A stretch of DNA of 64,000 nt from Octopus sinensis (lineage: Eukaryota): positions 58,404,001 to 58,468,000 of the forward strand of contig NC_043010.1 in NCBI RefSeq assembly GCF_006345805.1, in the 5' to 3' direction. Each line of letters begins with the position of its first letter. Within the stretch, counting starts at the first letter, position 1. Below the pieces are notes generated by a model. It worked only from the letters and a program-made list of their open reading frames with translations, was not told the DNA's origin and did not search any database. Position numbers and translations under genes: made by a program. Shown one piece after another: positions 37,658 through 52,049 of this stretch.

Positions 37658-39621
37658 TGTATAAATAGTTAGATAATTAGACATACAGGCATCAGACAGG
37701 TAGATAATAGAATTATTGTATCCAGTGTTCAGGTGCACTACATTTATTTTTTTAATAGTTGAATCGCACAACCAGCAAAACTTTGAAGTCCCTCTCAATA
37801 AATTCATATAGACATATCCATAAATAAATAAATAAATACATACTTATATATATATATATAATATATATATATACTATATATATATATATAACACACACAC
37901 ACACACACGCACACACGTGTGTGTTCATCTGTATGTATGATTGTGTATTATTCCTTACTTGCTTCCATATGATTTTCACGAAAACCAATGTGCCCCCCTG
38001 ACATCTGTACAACCACCACTACCACATCAAGAAAAGCACAAGAACAGCGCAAAAAGTACAACAACCACAACAATATAATCCATCATTTTGCAGTAATGTG
38101 CAAAGTTTTTACCAAAAGTGCAAACTCACCTTACATATATGCATTATAGCGTGTTGCAGCATGAAAATACCGGAAATTCTGCATTCACTGTAATTAATTC
38201 GTGCATCAATGTATAATAATGTCCACATGTATGTAAACACTGCATCTGTTCCTCAGATAATGCACCGGCCAAATCCTGTATGTATAAATATATATATATG
38301 TGTGTGTATATGTATCTATGTATGTGTGTTGCAGCTCTATGCTGGACACTGCACCATTTCCAAACACAAACTGGAAAATGTGCACATGTGTTTAACTTGC
38401 ACGCACTGCACTTAACTCGTATAACCTGCAACAAACTTTCATGTGGTGCACCCCTCTGCAGTGAAATGCACCAAACTTTGCGCTACTCCGTGAAGCTGTT
38501 CTACCTTGAAGTTCTGATGCACAAACTGCATCTATAGTTCCTGTTGTCTTGAATGTAGTGCAGCTGTGTTTCTGTAATGTGCATCTGTTGTCCCATACAC
38601 TACAGCTGTCCTCTGTGCAGTGCAGCTGGCTCCTCTTACACGCTGCAAAAAAACTGCTGACTTTACAAATACAATCTCATCTCAGCAATTTTTCACTGGA
38701 AAGAGAAGGGATGGGGGAGTGTGTGTGAGCTTGTGTGTGTGTTTGAGTGTTTGTGTGTGTGTTTCTGTTTGTCGGTGTGTTTGTATTTTTGTGTGTGTAT
38801 GTGTGTTTGTGTATATCTATATTTGTGTCTGTGAATGTGTATATGTTTATGCTTATATGTGTGTGTGTGTGAGTTTGTATATTTATGTAAGAGTTTGTGT
38901 GTAGCTTTGTGAGTCCCCAAAGATGTGTCTATGTAGGTTTGAAGGTGTCTAACTGTATGTCTATGAATGTGTGTCTGTATGCATATATGTGTGTGTATTA
39001 ACACCTATATATGTGAGTGTGTGTACCTGTGTATGTTATGTCCATCAATGTTTATATATATATGTGTGCGTGTGAATGTTTACTACATATATTTGTATGT
39101 ATGTATATATATATGTATATATATTCATATATGGACATACATGTATATATATATATGTATGATGATATATCTATATATACACATATATATTATATATCAT
39201 AGACACACTGACACACACACTATGTGTGTGTGTGTTTACACTATATAAACTATATAGGGCAAGTGGCTGCTGTGTCACTCTGTATGAGTGTCTGTCTATA
39301 TAAGTCTAGACATATAACTGTTTTGGCATATATACATATATCTACATATATACATACATTTAACCAAAAAATAAGAACAGGTGTGTATATAGCATGTATA
39401 CTCTTGTGTGTTTGTGAGCATGTGTGCACTTATGTGTATATACAAATTTCTGTGTGTATGTGTTGATATTTTATAGAGCCATGCACAGTTTGTGTGTATG
39501 TGTTCCTGTCTCTGTTGTGTTGCATGTGAGTAGCTGGTCAGTGTACGTGAGACTGTAGACATGTGGGGGGATGTATAATAGACTGATGCTGTGTGTATGT
39601 GTGCGAGTGTGTGTGACCTCC

Positions 39622-39671
<50 letters not shown>

Positions 39672-39898
39672 GTATGTATGTATAGGTGTGTGCACATTTG
39701 AATGTCTGTGTGTTTGTGTTTGTGTGTGGGAGAGTGATATATTTCACATACAGCAATGTGGTCAGGCTTTTTGTATGTATAAGTATATATAAACATATAC
39801 ATACATATATATATAAGTAGAAATTTTCATCTAAAGAGACAAGAATGGTTGGCATACTTGAACCTTTGTGTATAATGTACATACACACACACACATTC

Positions 39899-39993
<95 letters not shown>

Positions 39994-40084
39994 CATATAC
40001 ATATATATATATATTCATATGAATTTACTTATATATATGTATTATATATTCATATGTATGAGCATATGAGCTTCTGTATGTATG

Positions 40085-40130
<46 letters not shown>

Positions 40131-40248
40131 ATCTATGATTACCTCTATGTTAATGTGAATGTTTGTGTTTGTGTAAAATTCATCTAGATAGGAATTATTG
40201 TGATTGTCTATTGCTAAATATAATTGTGTATGCATACATACATGTGTG

Positions 40249-40320
<72 letters not shown>
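37310..40320. repeat. Microsatellite-rich block ((TA)n, (TG)n, (CT)n) with unique islands
   Basis: Direct inspection. Confidence 0.85.
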
Positions 40321-40323
<3 letters not shown>

Positions 40324-40325
<2 letters not shown>

Positions 40326-40660
40326 GGCTTCCCAGCCACATTGGTTCTGTGCTCAATCCTGCTGTGTGGCAACCTGGACAAGAGTCTTCTACTGTAGCAC
40401 TGGGCTCACCAAAGCCTTGTGAGTGCATTTGGTAGATGGAAACTGAAAGAAGCCTGTCATATATCTTTAGGTGTGTCTTTGTGTTTGTCTTCCCCCCCAT
40501 CATCATTTGTCAACCAAAGCTGGTGTGTTTACTCCCCCATAACTTAGTGATTCAGCAAAGTCACTGATAGAATAAGTCCTGGGGTTGATTTAGTCAACTA
40601 AAGGCAGTGCTCCAGCAAGGCCAAAATCAAATGACTGAAACAAGTAAAAGAATAAAAAGT
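40324..40660 (+). mobile_element. SINE family 1, diverged
   Basis: Body and tail are recognisable. Confidence 0.7.
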
Positions 40661-41053
40661 GTGTGTGTGTGAGTGGCTGTAAGTAACATATAACTCATAA
40701 CTCATACCAGTGATTATGGTAAGGTGGTAGATGTATACAAATACATACACACAGACACACATGCAAACACCCACACCCACCTACACATACAAACACCCAC
40801 CTACACACATACACTCACCCACATACACACATACACACGCACCCACACCCACATAAACACACACACACACCCACATAGACACACACACACACATACACAC
40901 ATACATGTTACAGTAAAGTGCAATGCTCAGCCACTTACTCAATATGTAGTTTTGTGTATGTATGTAAAAGTCACACACACACACTTATATAAACTCATGT
41001 GAACACACAAACACACACACATAGTACAGTAAAGGTATGAGCACAATACTCAG

Positions 41054-41092
<39 letters not shown>

Positions 41093-41110
41093 TATATAAA
41101 TAAACTGGCT

Positions 41111-42521
41111 GAAGATAGTTGTGTGCAAAAGTGCTACACCCTAGCAGTTGAGGGAACCTGTGGAAGAGGTAGACCCAGGAAAACCTGGGACGAAGTGGTG
41201 AAGCACGACCTACGAACTTTAGGTCTCACCAAGGAAATGACTAGAGACCGAGACCTATGGAAGTATGCTGTGCGTGAGAAGACCCGGCAAGACTAGTCAG
41301 GCCATAACCCGTGGCCCCTACCTAGGACGTAGTCAGTCCACCTGCGCATACCTTCCTTCTTGTGACACTTGTGAAGACCTGTTGAGGCAAGTGAAAATCA
41401 AACAAAATCAAAATAGATGAACATCAATGGAATTTGTATCTTTGTGGTACCAGTGCCGGTGGCACACAAGAATACCATCCGAACGTGGGCGTAGCCAGTA
41501 CCGCACCGACTGGCCTCCATGCTGTGGGCACGTAACAATCACCATCCAATCGTGGCCGATCGCCAGCCTAATCTGGCTCCTGTGTCGGTGGCACATAAAA
41601 AAAACACCATCCGAGTGTGGTCGTCTGCTAGCCTTGTCTGGCACCTGTGTTGGTGGCACATAAAAACACCATCCGAGCGTGGCCGTTCGCCAGCCTCGTC
41701 TGACACCTGTGTCGGTGGCACATAAAAAAAAAAACACCATCCAAGCGTGGTCGTCTGCTAGCCTTGTCTGGCACCTGTGTCGGTGGCACATAAAAACACC
41801 ATCCTAGTGTGGCCGTTCGCCAGCCTCGTCTGGCACCTGTGTCGGTGGCACATAAAAACACCATCCGAGCGTGGTCGTCTGCTAGCCTTGTCTGGCACCT
41901 GTGTCGGTGGCACATAAAAACACCATCCGAGCGTGGCCGTTCGCCAGCCTCGTCTGGCACCTGTGTCGGTGGCACATAAAAAACACCATCCGAGCGTGGT
42001 CGTCTGCTAGCCTTGTCTGGCACCTGTGTCGGTGGCACATAAAAACACCATCCGAGCGTGGCCGTTCGCCAGCCTCGTCTGGCACCTGTGTCGGTGGCAC
42101 ATAAAAACACCATCCGAGCGTGGTCGTCTGCCAGCCTTGTCTGGCACCTGTGTCGGTGGCACATAAAAACACCATCTGAGCGTGGCCGTTCGCCAGCCTC
42201 GTCTGGCACCTGTGTCGGTGGCACATAAAAAACACCATCCGAGCGTGGTCGTCTGCCAGCCTTGTCTGGCACCTGTGTCGGTGGCACATAAAAACACCAC
42301 CCGAGCGTGGCCGTTCGCCAGCCTCGTCTGGCACCTGTGTCGGTGGCACATAAAATCACCCACTGGTTGGCGTTAGGAAGGGCATCCAGCTGTAGAAACA
42401 CTGCCAGATCTGACTGGCCTGGTGCAGCCTTCGGGCTCCCCAGACACCAGTTGAACCGTCCAACCCATGCTAGCATGGAAAGCGGACGTTAAATGATGAT
42501 GATGATGATGATGATGATGAT
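41111..42521 (+). mobile_element. 5'-truncated RTE LINE: ORF end, long 3' UTR with tandem array, (GAT)n tail
   Basis: 41111-41296 encodes EDSCVQKC…GTCGRGRPRKTWDEVVKHDLRTLGLT…RQD*. The tail reads agcggacgttaaa(tga)n. Confidence 0.85.
41578..42355 (+). repeat. Tandem array of ~62-bp units alternating A/B (124-125-bp higher-order repeat)
   Basis: Unit starts at 41640, 41702, 41770, 41832, 41894, 41956, 42019, 42081, 42143, 42205, 42268, 42330. Confidence 0.95.
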
Positions 42522-43319
42522 GTGATGTTTCCGCACTGTATCACTTGAGAAATGTGTGTGTGTGTGTGTGTGTGTGTTTGATCTACTTTAAAGTGAGGCT
42601 GAGTGAGGGCTCCATGTTGGTGGTGTTGAGTGTGAGTGGAGGGGTTTGAAGGTGAGACACTCTATCCAGATGTTTTTAGCTTTTGTTGTTGCTATTTTAC
42701 TTCTTTCAGTCATTTGGGGTGCGCCCAGGCTGGAGCACCACCTTGAAGGGTTTTGTTGAACAAATTGAACCCAGGATTATATTTTCTAACTGGTACTTAT
42801 TCTATCAGCGCTTTTTTTTTCTTTTGCGAAACTGCTAGGTACAGGGATGTCAACAAACCAACACTGGCTGTAAAGTTGTGGGGGTAATAAGCAGAAACGC
42901 AAAGACACACACACACATTCATCATCATCATCATTGGTCTAATGTCCACTTTTCCGTGCTCACATGGGCAATCCAGTATATGCCCTTTGCTTATACATTC
43001 TAATTTGTCAAATCTAATGCGCAAGAGCAGCTCCTTGTCAGCAGTAAATAAAATGCCGATTTTTTCAAAAAATTATCAATAAGAGGCCTAGGCCACTGCT
43101 AATGGAAATTTCAAATTTTTCTGATTACCCTTTGATATTATTAATATATATATATACACACACATATACATGCAGATGTAAGCGCATAAATGGAAAACAA
43201 GGTGGGAAAGATTAGTATTCAAATACCAAAGTTTGAGGAATATGCTTTTATTAAAGATGCAAAACCTTCACAAACTGTTTGCACAGACTTTCATATTCCC
43301 ATGCATTACATATTTGTGA

Positions 43320-43864
43320 TCGACCTTCGAACGTTGGGCGTCACAGAGGCTATGACGAAAGACCAAGACCTCTGTAGATATGCTGTGACTGCAAAGACCC
43401 GACAAATGAAGTCAGTTCATGGCTCGCAGGATGGCCTGCTGTGCTAACCTTGGATCATAGGGTGACCTGCTGTGCTTGAGGAGACCTATTGAGTCAAGTA
43501 CATCAACATCAAAATAAAAATCAAATGGAAATTGTAGTTGTGATACTTGTGCTGGTGGCACGTAAAAAGCACCATCCGAACGTGGCTGATGTCAGCGCCA
43601 GCTTGACTGGCATCCATGCCAGTGACACGTAAAAAGCACCAACTAATAATGGCCGTTTTCCAGCCTCCCCTGGCCCCTGTGCTGTCGGCATGTAAAAAGC
43701 ACCTACTACACTCATAGAGTGGTTGGCATTAGGAAGGGCATCCAGCTGTAGAAACACTGCCAGATCAGACTGGAGCCTCGTGCTGCCTCCTGGCTTCCCA
43801 GATCTCCGGTCAAACCGTCCAACCCATTCTAGCATGGAAAACGGACGTTAAACGATGATGATGA
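43320..43864 (+). mobile_element. RTE 3' fragment (related subfamily)
   Basis: DLRTLGVTEAMTKDQDLCRYAV…, about 3 UTR repeat units and a (GAT)n tail. Confidence 0.75.
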
Positions 43865-43879
43865 TATATGTGTGTGTGT

Positions 43880-45005
43880 GTGTGAATAAACTGTCATCTA
43901 AATTATGCAAAAATAAAAATAACACTGATATAGGCACAGCATGGCCGTGTGATAAGAAGCTTGCCTCCCAACCACATGGCACTGTAGATGGAAACTGAAA
44001 GAAGCTCGGCATGTGTGTATTTCTGTGCGTGTGTTTCTGTTTGCCCCCCCCCCCATCACTTAACCAATGTTGGTGTGTTTACATCCCCATAACTTAGTGG
44101 TGTGACAAAAGAGACTGATAGAATACATACTAGGTTTAAAAAGAATAAGTCTTGGGGTTGATTTGTTCAACTCCAGCATAGCCGCAGTCAAATGGCTGAA
44201 ACCATTAAAAGAATAAAAGAATCTCATTTTAACAGATCTTATATACAAAAATTTCATTAAAATATCTTGAAATACTAAAGAGTAAATTTATTCAATAAAA
44301 TCGCCACTGGCTTCAACCATGGCCTCCAGATGACTTCAGAATCTGCTGCAACTCTTCTGGATGGTCTCCTTGTTTAAGTTGGTGAATGCTGCCATAATCC
44401 TTGCCTTCAGTGCATCTTTGGTGTTACAAGGAGTTTTGTTGGTCTCTTGCTCAACTCCGCCCCACACATAATAATCAAGGGGTGGCAAATGTTAGGGGTG
44501 ATGTACTCACAGAAATTGTCTGACAGCCATGACTGGGTTCTTCTGCTTATGTGGCAATGATGCAGAGTCCTGTTGCCAAATATAGTATCTTCTATTGACT
44601 GAAAGCAGCACTACCTCCTCCAGGCACTTTATGTAGGCCTCCATGTTGAGTCTGAGGCCAAGTGGGAAGATGAATGGAGGTATAACGTCACCATTACTAG
44701 TGATCACTTTAAACACTATAATGTTGTCAAGATATGTGATTTTTATCACTTTCAGTACATGTCCACAGATTGACACCCAAACACTCTGAAATGTTCATAT
44801 TGGAGCTTCCGGCAAGAATGCCAAGCATTACAGTATATCATTTCCAAATTTCTGGCAGTGTGAATTGCTTCATGGTGCTGTTTTTCTCACAGAAAGTGCC
44901 CAACTGACCCTACTGTACTGTGTAGTTGACAAAATCAAAAACCAAACAATGTGCATGAGTAAAATTGAAAATATAAAATGGTGACAATTTACCCATCGCA
45001 CCCTG
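43880..45005 (-). mobile_element. maT-type derivative interrupted by a SINE at 43931-44220
   Basis: Same sequence as 34800-35656. The terminal aacactgata|tctcatttt is split by the SINE. Confidence 0.8.
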
Positions 45006-45012
45006 TATCATA

Positions 45013-45056
<44 letters not shown>

Positions 45057-45268
45057 TGCATACTATTTTTTACAATGTGAAGGTGAATAATGACTTCAAA
45101 GTTTCAGCAATCTGATGGTAACAAACTCAAGCTTCAAAGTCTCTTCCAAAGTTTTCCTAGTAGTCATTAATAAATATATATCTACCAACAAAGGTTTAGA
45201 GTAATCCTTCATTTCGATAGTAAGCTGTTTTTATATATACCTTGGTACAGAAACAAACATTGATAATA

Positions 45269-45299
<31 letters not shown>

Positions 45300-45300
<1 letters not shown>

Positions 45301-45501
45301 ATGTGACTGCATGTGTACCGTTGGCGATTTTTTTCCTCCGTCTTCCCTTCCTTGGATCTTTCCTTTTCCTATGTTTCTGACAAAGAGCTCCGCTCGAAAC
45401 ATTAAATCCTCCTTCTTTCTTTCCTTAGTGAGCGTCCAATAACTCTATACTTTTCCCACATCCTCGCATTGTTTTCTCTTTGTGTTTTCATGTTTGGATT
45501 A

Positions 45502-45510
<9 letters not shown>
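45300..45510 (+). mobile_element. Probable Penelope-like terminal fragment with a decayed hammerhead
   Basis: uuu-CUGACAA-A-GAGC(UCC)GCUC-GAAAC-AUU-aaa at 45374-45406, two G>A changes from an intact core. Confidence 0.55.
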
Positions 45511-45549
<39 letters not shown>

Positions 45550-46017
45550 CTAAAACATAAGTATATTGAATTCTAACAACTGGTATTAGTATCTCTAAGC
45601 TTAAGTAGAAATCACAATGTATATATCTTGTGGAAATGTAAACAACATGGCAATAACAGCACCTGAAGATTAGCTAACCTGATTTTGTGTCTGTTACAAC
45701 TTAAGTAGCAAGTTTCACTTTGTTATGAAATGGTTGGAGTCTGTGTTTTACCAGTTCCATTCCTTTTTTTTTTTTTATTAAATGCATGTGTGTATATATA
45801 TATATATCTGCCAAGAATTCACTACAACCTCAAACCCACAAGACTAAACAAGAGAGACAGAGACAGGCAGAAACAAGGAAAATGACCCTTGTATTTGAAT
45901 ACTATGCAAATATTTTATCGTTTTCCATACTTAGAGTTGAAAAAGTCTCAATGACCGAAGCTGGTATTGAAATGTTTTTTATTAAATTATTTTAGCATTT
46001 TCTACCTTGACTTTTTT

Positions 46018-46065
<48 letters not shown>

Positions 46066-46316
46066 GTATATATGTGTATATATATGTGTGTGTGTGTGTA
46101 TCGGTAAGCTATTTGAAAATTATGAATGATTCACATGACATTGTAATTGTTTTTATAATTTGTTCCAGAACTACCCAGGGGAACCGGAATATAAATTTAT
46201 AACCCTCTGATTTGTATCGTGTTTGGTAAGTGCTAACAAACCTTCAGTCACTCTGTTACTTCTGCCAAATTTTAATAAGAAACAGATATACATACATGTA
46301 TATTCTTTTATTCCTT

Positions 46317-46513
46317 TCATATTTGTTTCAGTCTTTTGACTGTAGCCATGCTGGAGCACTGCCTTTAGTCGACCAAATTGACCCCAGGACTTATTTTTTG
46401 TAAGCTTAGTACTTATGCTGTCGGTCTCATTTGCCGAACCACTAAGTTACAGGGATGTAAACTCACCAGCATCGATTGTCAAGTGATGTTGGGAGGACAA
46501 ACACAGACACACA

Positions 46514-46566
<53 letters not shown>

Positions 46567-46728
46567 CATACAATGCGATTCTTTCAGTTTTCGTCTACCA
46601 AATCCACTCACAAGGCTTTGGTCAGCCTAAGGCTAAAGTAGAAGACACTTACCCAAGGTGTCATGCAGTGGGACTGAGCCCAGAACCATGTGGTTGGTAA
46701 GCAAGCTACTTACCACACAGCCACTTCT
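46317..46728 (-). mobile_element. SINE family 1
   Basis: Reverse complement of the same head, body and tail. Confidence 0.8.
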
Positions 46729-49568
46729 GCACCTATATATATATATATATATATATATAAATACTGGAAGAGATATAAAGATGTGATAAAAGCAAACCTC
46801 AAATTTTTGAATTTGAAAAATCAGTTATTAGGAAACCTTTGCATTGGACTGATCAAAGTGATGTGGTACAATCAAGAAATGTTGTAAAACACTTAAACAG
46901 AACAGCATTCAACATGCGAAAATAAAATGGGTTATTTGAAAGCAGGAACAACTGCCTAGTGATGTTGAGGGAAGATTCTCAAATGTTCACTGGAACTGCT
47001 AATTGTTATCAAAAGCTGGTTTACTTAATCATGAAAGGTTACATGGCAGGGACCAAAATGAAGGTTCAAAGGAACATACTCCCTCCAAGACAAAACAATT
47101 TCTAACAAGGTCTGTAGGTCTACAGGGGGCCTGAGGCAATACATAAGAATACACCAAAATGCACCAGCAGAGTGAGTTGAAGACCCATCACAGATTTCCA
47201 ATATTTGTAGGAAGTTATGCAAATCAGAAGATGGTCTCTTGAGCCATTTAGATAAGAATGCCCTTGCAGAATTTAGAAACATGAATATTTAAAAGGAAAC
47301 GGCTTTCTTCAGTCAAGAAGCAACATTTACCATAAACAAACTTGTGTATATATATATATATCAATAACAGTTTTTTTATATATATCTATATCATCATCAT
47401 CATATAATGTCCGTTGTCCATGTTGGCATGGGTTGGACTGATTGACCAGAGCTGGCGAGCTGGGAATCTACACCACCCTCCAGTCAGATTTGGCATTGGT
47501 TCTACGGCTGGATGCCCTTCCAAACACCAATCACTTTACAGAGTTTGCTGAGTGCTTTTACATGGCACCACGAGCACTTTTATGTGATGCCATGAGTACT
47601 TTACACTACAAGAAGGATTGGTTTTTACATTCCTGCTGTGGAGTACAGGCCTTTTTGGGTATAGCAAGGTGCCAAAACATTTAAGAGGATATTTTATAAC
47701 TCAGAGATTACATTTTGAAAGGTGGATTTTAACATGATATAGCATTACTGATTCTCTAAGTCAACGATGTTATGTTGTATAGTTGTAGCAAATTGTATAA
47801 GATCAGTCTTTTTACCTTTGTACATAGATTACATCTATTATTACCATTTTGTCTTGCTTTGACTTTTAAACAATCTGTTAGTTGATGTTATAGCTTTAAG
47901 CATTTGCTTTCATTGATCAGTTTCATGTCATTATGCTTTGCACTATTTTTGAATGAAGTTGTATGGTAGTAAAACCTCTCCTTTAATTTTCTTTTGAGCC
48001 ACTGAATAACAGCCTCCATTTAGCTGGCATTCAGTGCTGATATCTTTTCATGAACAATTAGTCTTGCTAAATACAGCAGCCTTTTAGGATATTAATATTC
48101 TTCATGTTAACAGTGCACTTAAAACTTACAGTAATATTTATGTCTGTTGTATAGTTTGTTATACCTATAGCTTGCAAGGAAGTGCTTATCACTTAAAGTT
48201 CGGAAGGTTTGTACTATGTTGGACTTGAAAATTCATGAGAATGAGATGTAGATAAAATATTTCAATGACTCATCTTTCTCTGATGCAAGGGTTTTGGATT
48301 GAGGATATCCTTCATCTAACTGTTAAATCCACTCTCTCTTAAAGCATTATTATAGTAAGGGGTTACCTTGTCAAAAATCTTTTGCAATACAAATAGAAAA
48401 TCCTTCTGCCTCTCTTTTCAATAACACATTTGAATATCAAAGTCTGGTGACATGAATCTATTTTATAGAAATAGACATTACATTTGGAGTGGGTGGTTTC
48501 CTAGATGGTTTCTAAGAGTTGGTAATTCAACATTTGATGATACCCAATAAATTATCAATGGTTAACTTTATCACTCTCAGCATTTTAAAACTGAAGCTGC
48601 TGGAGTTTTGATTGATATTGTTCCTAAGTCTACCTTGTCCATAGCTAATAGAATTTTATGAAATCCAGCATCAACATAAAATCTAAAATCTATTGAGGTA
48701 AATTTCTTAGATTAGATATCACAGGAATGTAATCTTCTAAAGTACCGAAAATCAATGAGATCATATGTCCACATCAACAGAACCATTCAGATCCCGACCC
48801 TTAACTCAGGCAGAATCTTCCAAGAGTGCAATATAACTACTGTATTATTATATTATCATTATTATCACCATTCATATCAAGAAAATCCTACTGTGCCATA
48901 CTTCTTCTAAACATGAGTGGCACTCATCACGAGAACTCACACTTGATGCAAATGTTGGGCCTCATTATCATCAAGGTTCTCTCCTGGTGAACGAACATAT
49001 TTAACATAACTAGGATCAGCAACTAAATACCAAACAACAGTCATCTATAAGTCTTTACTCACTATCAATCATCGCCCATTTTAATATCATCTGTCATTCA
49101 CCCTTACCATTGTTTACTTTTATTATTACCAATAAATCTCTCTCTAGCATATCTTTTTCATTACAATCTCTCTCTCTCTTTCTCCTCTTTCTCTCTCTCC
49201 TCTCTCTCTCTACCCCCTTCTCTCTCTCCTATTCTCAGTGATATTGCTGTGAATGGACCATCATACCCAAGACAAAGACTCTTATGTAGTTTGATGGTGG
49301 GCAAGGTCACCCTCATGTGCTGGAGCTATGATAATTGGTGACCCTCTGGAAAACGGGAGTGAGGAAGAAGGATTTCCAGTTGCAGAAATCTTACCAAATG
49401 ATAGACATGGGTGAGACTTTGTTCATCTTTTACTTTTTCATTCATTAGACTGTGGCTATGCTGGAGCAATGCCTTAAAGAATTTTTGTCAAATAATTCAA
49501 CCCCAGTACTTACTTTTTTAAAGCCTCATACTTATTCTATTGAACTCTTTTGCCAAACTGCTAAGTTA

Positions 49569-50530
49569 TTAGGTCATCAAGTATGAAATTTATAGAAAAG
49601 AAAAAAGATTTGCTAATGTTTTATAAATACAAGGAATAGTTTTACTCATCCAAGTATACACCTATATTGTCAATAGACTTTTGCCATTTCAGTGGTAGCT
49701 TGCCCAGCCCAGAACTGTAAAAGCCTGGCAATCTAGAGTCTATAAGATCTTGGAAGGCCTGTTTTACAGCATCATCGGAATTAAATTTCTTTCCTGTCAA
49801 AAAGTTATCCAAATTCTGGAAGAAGTGGTAATCAGTGGACATAAGATCATGTGACTATGGTGGCTGATGGAGAACTTCCAACTCCTGTAGTTTCGCCAAT
49901 GTCATTTTTGCAATGTGTGGTCTGGCGTTGTCTTTCAATGAAATAAGAGTGGATCTGTTGACTAATCTAGGATGTTTTTGTTTTTAAAGTCTCTGCATCA
50001 TTTGGTCCAGTTGGCTGCAGTATACTTCGGCCATGATTGATGAGCCAAGTTTAATGAAATCATAATGGATCACACCTGTGCCTGACCACCAAACACACAC
50101 CATCAGCTTCTTTTGATGAGTTTTGCTTTTTGGACTGTGTTTTGGTGGCTCGTCTTTGTCCAACCATTGTGCTGAACATTTACGGTTGTTGTATTGGATC
50201 CATTTCTCATCACATCTTACAATTCGAATAAAAAATGATTAATTTTTGTGACTAGGATGTAGCATAATGCAGGCTTCCAAATGTTGCTGTTTCTGATTTT
50301 CATTGAGTCCGTGTGGAAACCACTTATCCAACTTTTTCACTTTACCGATTTGAACCAGGTGAGTCAATATTGTTTGCTTGCTAATACCAAACAGCGATAA
50401 TTCACAGGCACTTTGAGATGGACCTGACTCGATGGTGGCTTTCAGTTCGTCGTTATCCACCTTTGTTTCTGGTCGACCGTGTTGCTCATTTGTGAGGTGA
50501 AAGTTACTAGAACGAAATTTTGCAAACCTA
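49569..50530 (-). mobile_element. Decayed mariner (DD34D-type) transposon, 5'-truncated
   Basis: GKVKKLDKWFPHGL, DNARPH, STDYHFFQNLDNFL…LPLKWQK, with frameshifts and stops. Confidence 0.85.
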
Positions 50531-50559
50531 TCTATATATATCCATATATATATATATCA

Positions 50560-50770
50560 TTTATCTTTTGCTTGTTTCAGTCATTAGATTGTGGCCATGC
50601 TGGAGCACTGTCTCGAAGAATTGTTAATTGAATGAATCAACCCCAGTACTTATTTTTTGTAAGCCTGGTATTTAGTCTATCGGTCTGTTTTTGCTGAACT
50701 GCTAGGTTATGGGAACATAAACACACCAACGCCGGTTGTCAGGTGGTGATGGGGGGACATATGCAGACAC

Positions 50771-50810
<40 letters not shown>

Positions 50811-51130
50811 ACACGATGGGCTTCTTAGAGTTCCTGTCTATCAAATCCACTCACAAGGCTTAGGTCAGCCCAAGGCTATAGCAGAAGACACTTGCCCAAG
50901 GTGCCATACAAGGGAACTGAACCCAAAACCTTGTGGTTGGAAAGCAAGCTTGTTACCACACAGCCATTCCTGAGTGTGTATATCAGACTTCTTTTGGTTT
51001 CAGTCTATCAAATCCACTGAAAATTATTTGGTTGGCCCAAGGCTGTAGAAGATACCTGCCTGGGGTGACATGTAGTTGGACTGAACTCCAAATCATGTGG
51101 TTATGAAGCAGACTTCTTACCACACAGCCA
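50560..51130 (-). mobile_element. SINE family 1 plus an adjacent second 5' half
   Basis: Full copy at 50560-50970 and a half copy at 50985-51130. Confidence 0.75.
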
Positions 51131-51419
51131 CCATCAAAACCTGTCCACCACATACCAGAATGGAAAGTAGGAGGTAGAATGAAGATGTCGATGATAGTGA
51201 TGATGTACATAAATGAGTGCACATGTGGGAGAGTGTGTGCATGGGTGCGCTCAGGTGGGAATCTGCACTTCTATGACTATGTAAGAGGGTTTATGGGGCC
51301 AGATGTCTTTTCTGATGCCAGCTCTTCCGTGTTCTTTTCCCAAATCTAAGAAACAACAAATTACCTTGGACAGAGCTTTATGGAGATCAAGAAACAAATA
51401 ATACTGCTTGAATGAGTCT

Positions 51420-51680
51420 TTTCTTCATACACACACACACACACATGCATACATACATACATACATATATACATATATATATGTGTGTGCATATATATAT
51501 ATGTGTGTATGTATATATATATATATATATGTGTGTGTATATATGTATATGTATGTATATATATATATATATGTATATATGTATATATATATATTATATA
51601 TATATATATGTATGATATATATATATATATGTATAATATATATATATGTATATATATGTATATATGTATATATATATATA

Positions 51681-51714
<34 letters not shown>

Positions 51715-51732
51715 GTATGTATATGTATGTAT

Positions 51733-51800
<68 letters not shown>

Positions 51801-51968
51801 GTATGTTATATATATATATATATGTATATATATATGTATATATGTATATATATATATATATGTATATATATGTATATGTATGTATATATATGTATGTATA
51901 TGTATGTATGTATATATATTTATGTATATGTATGTATATATATATATAAATATATATGTATGTATATG

Positions 51969-52000
<32 letters not shown>

Positions 52001-52002
52001 TG

Positions 52003-52049
<47 letters not shown>

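Noticed and set aside
41440-42355. CRISPR-like regular repeat array
   Set aside because: There are no unique spacers. The units are contiguous tandem repeats inside an RTE 3' UTR, in a eukaryotic context with no cas genes.
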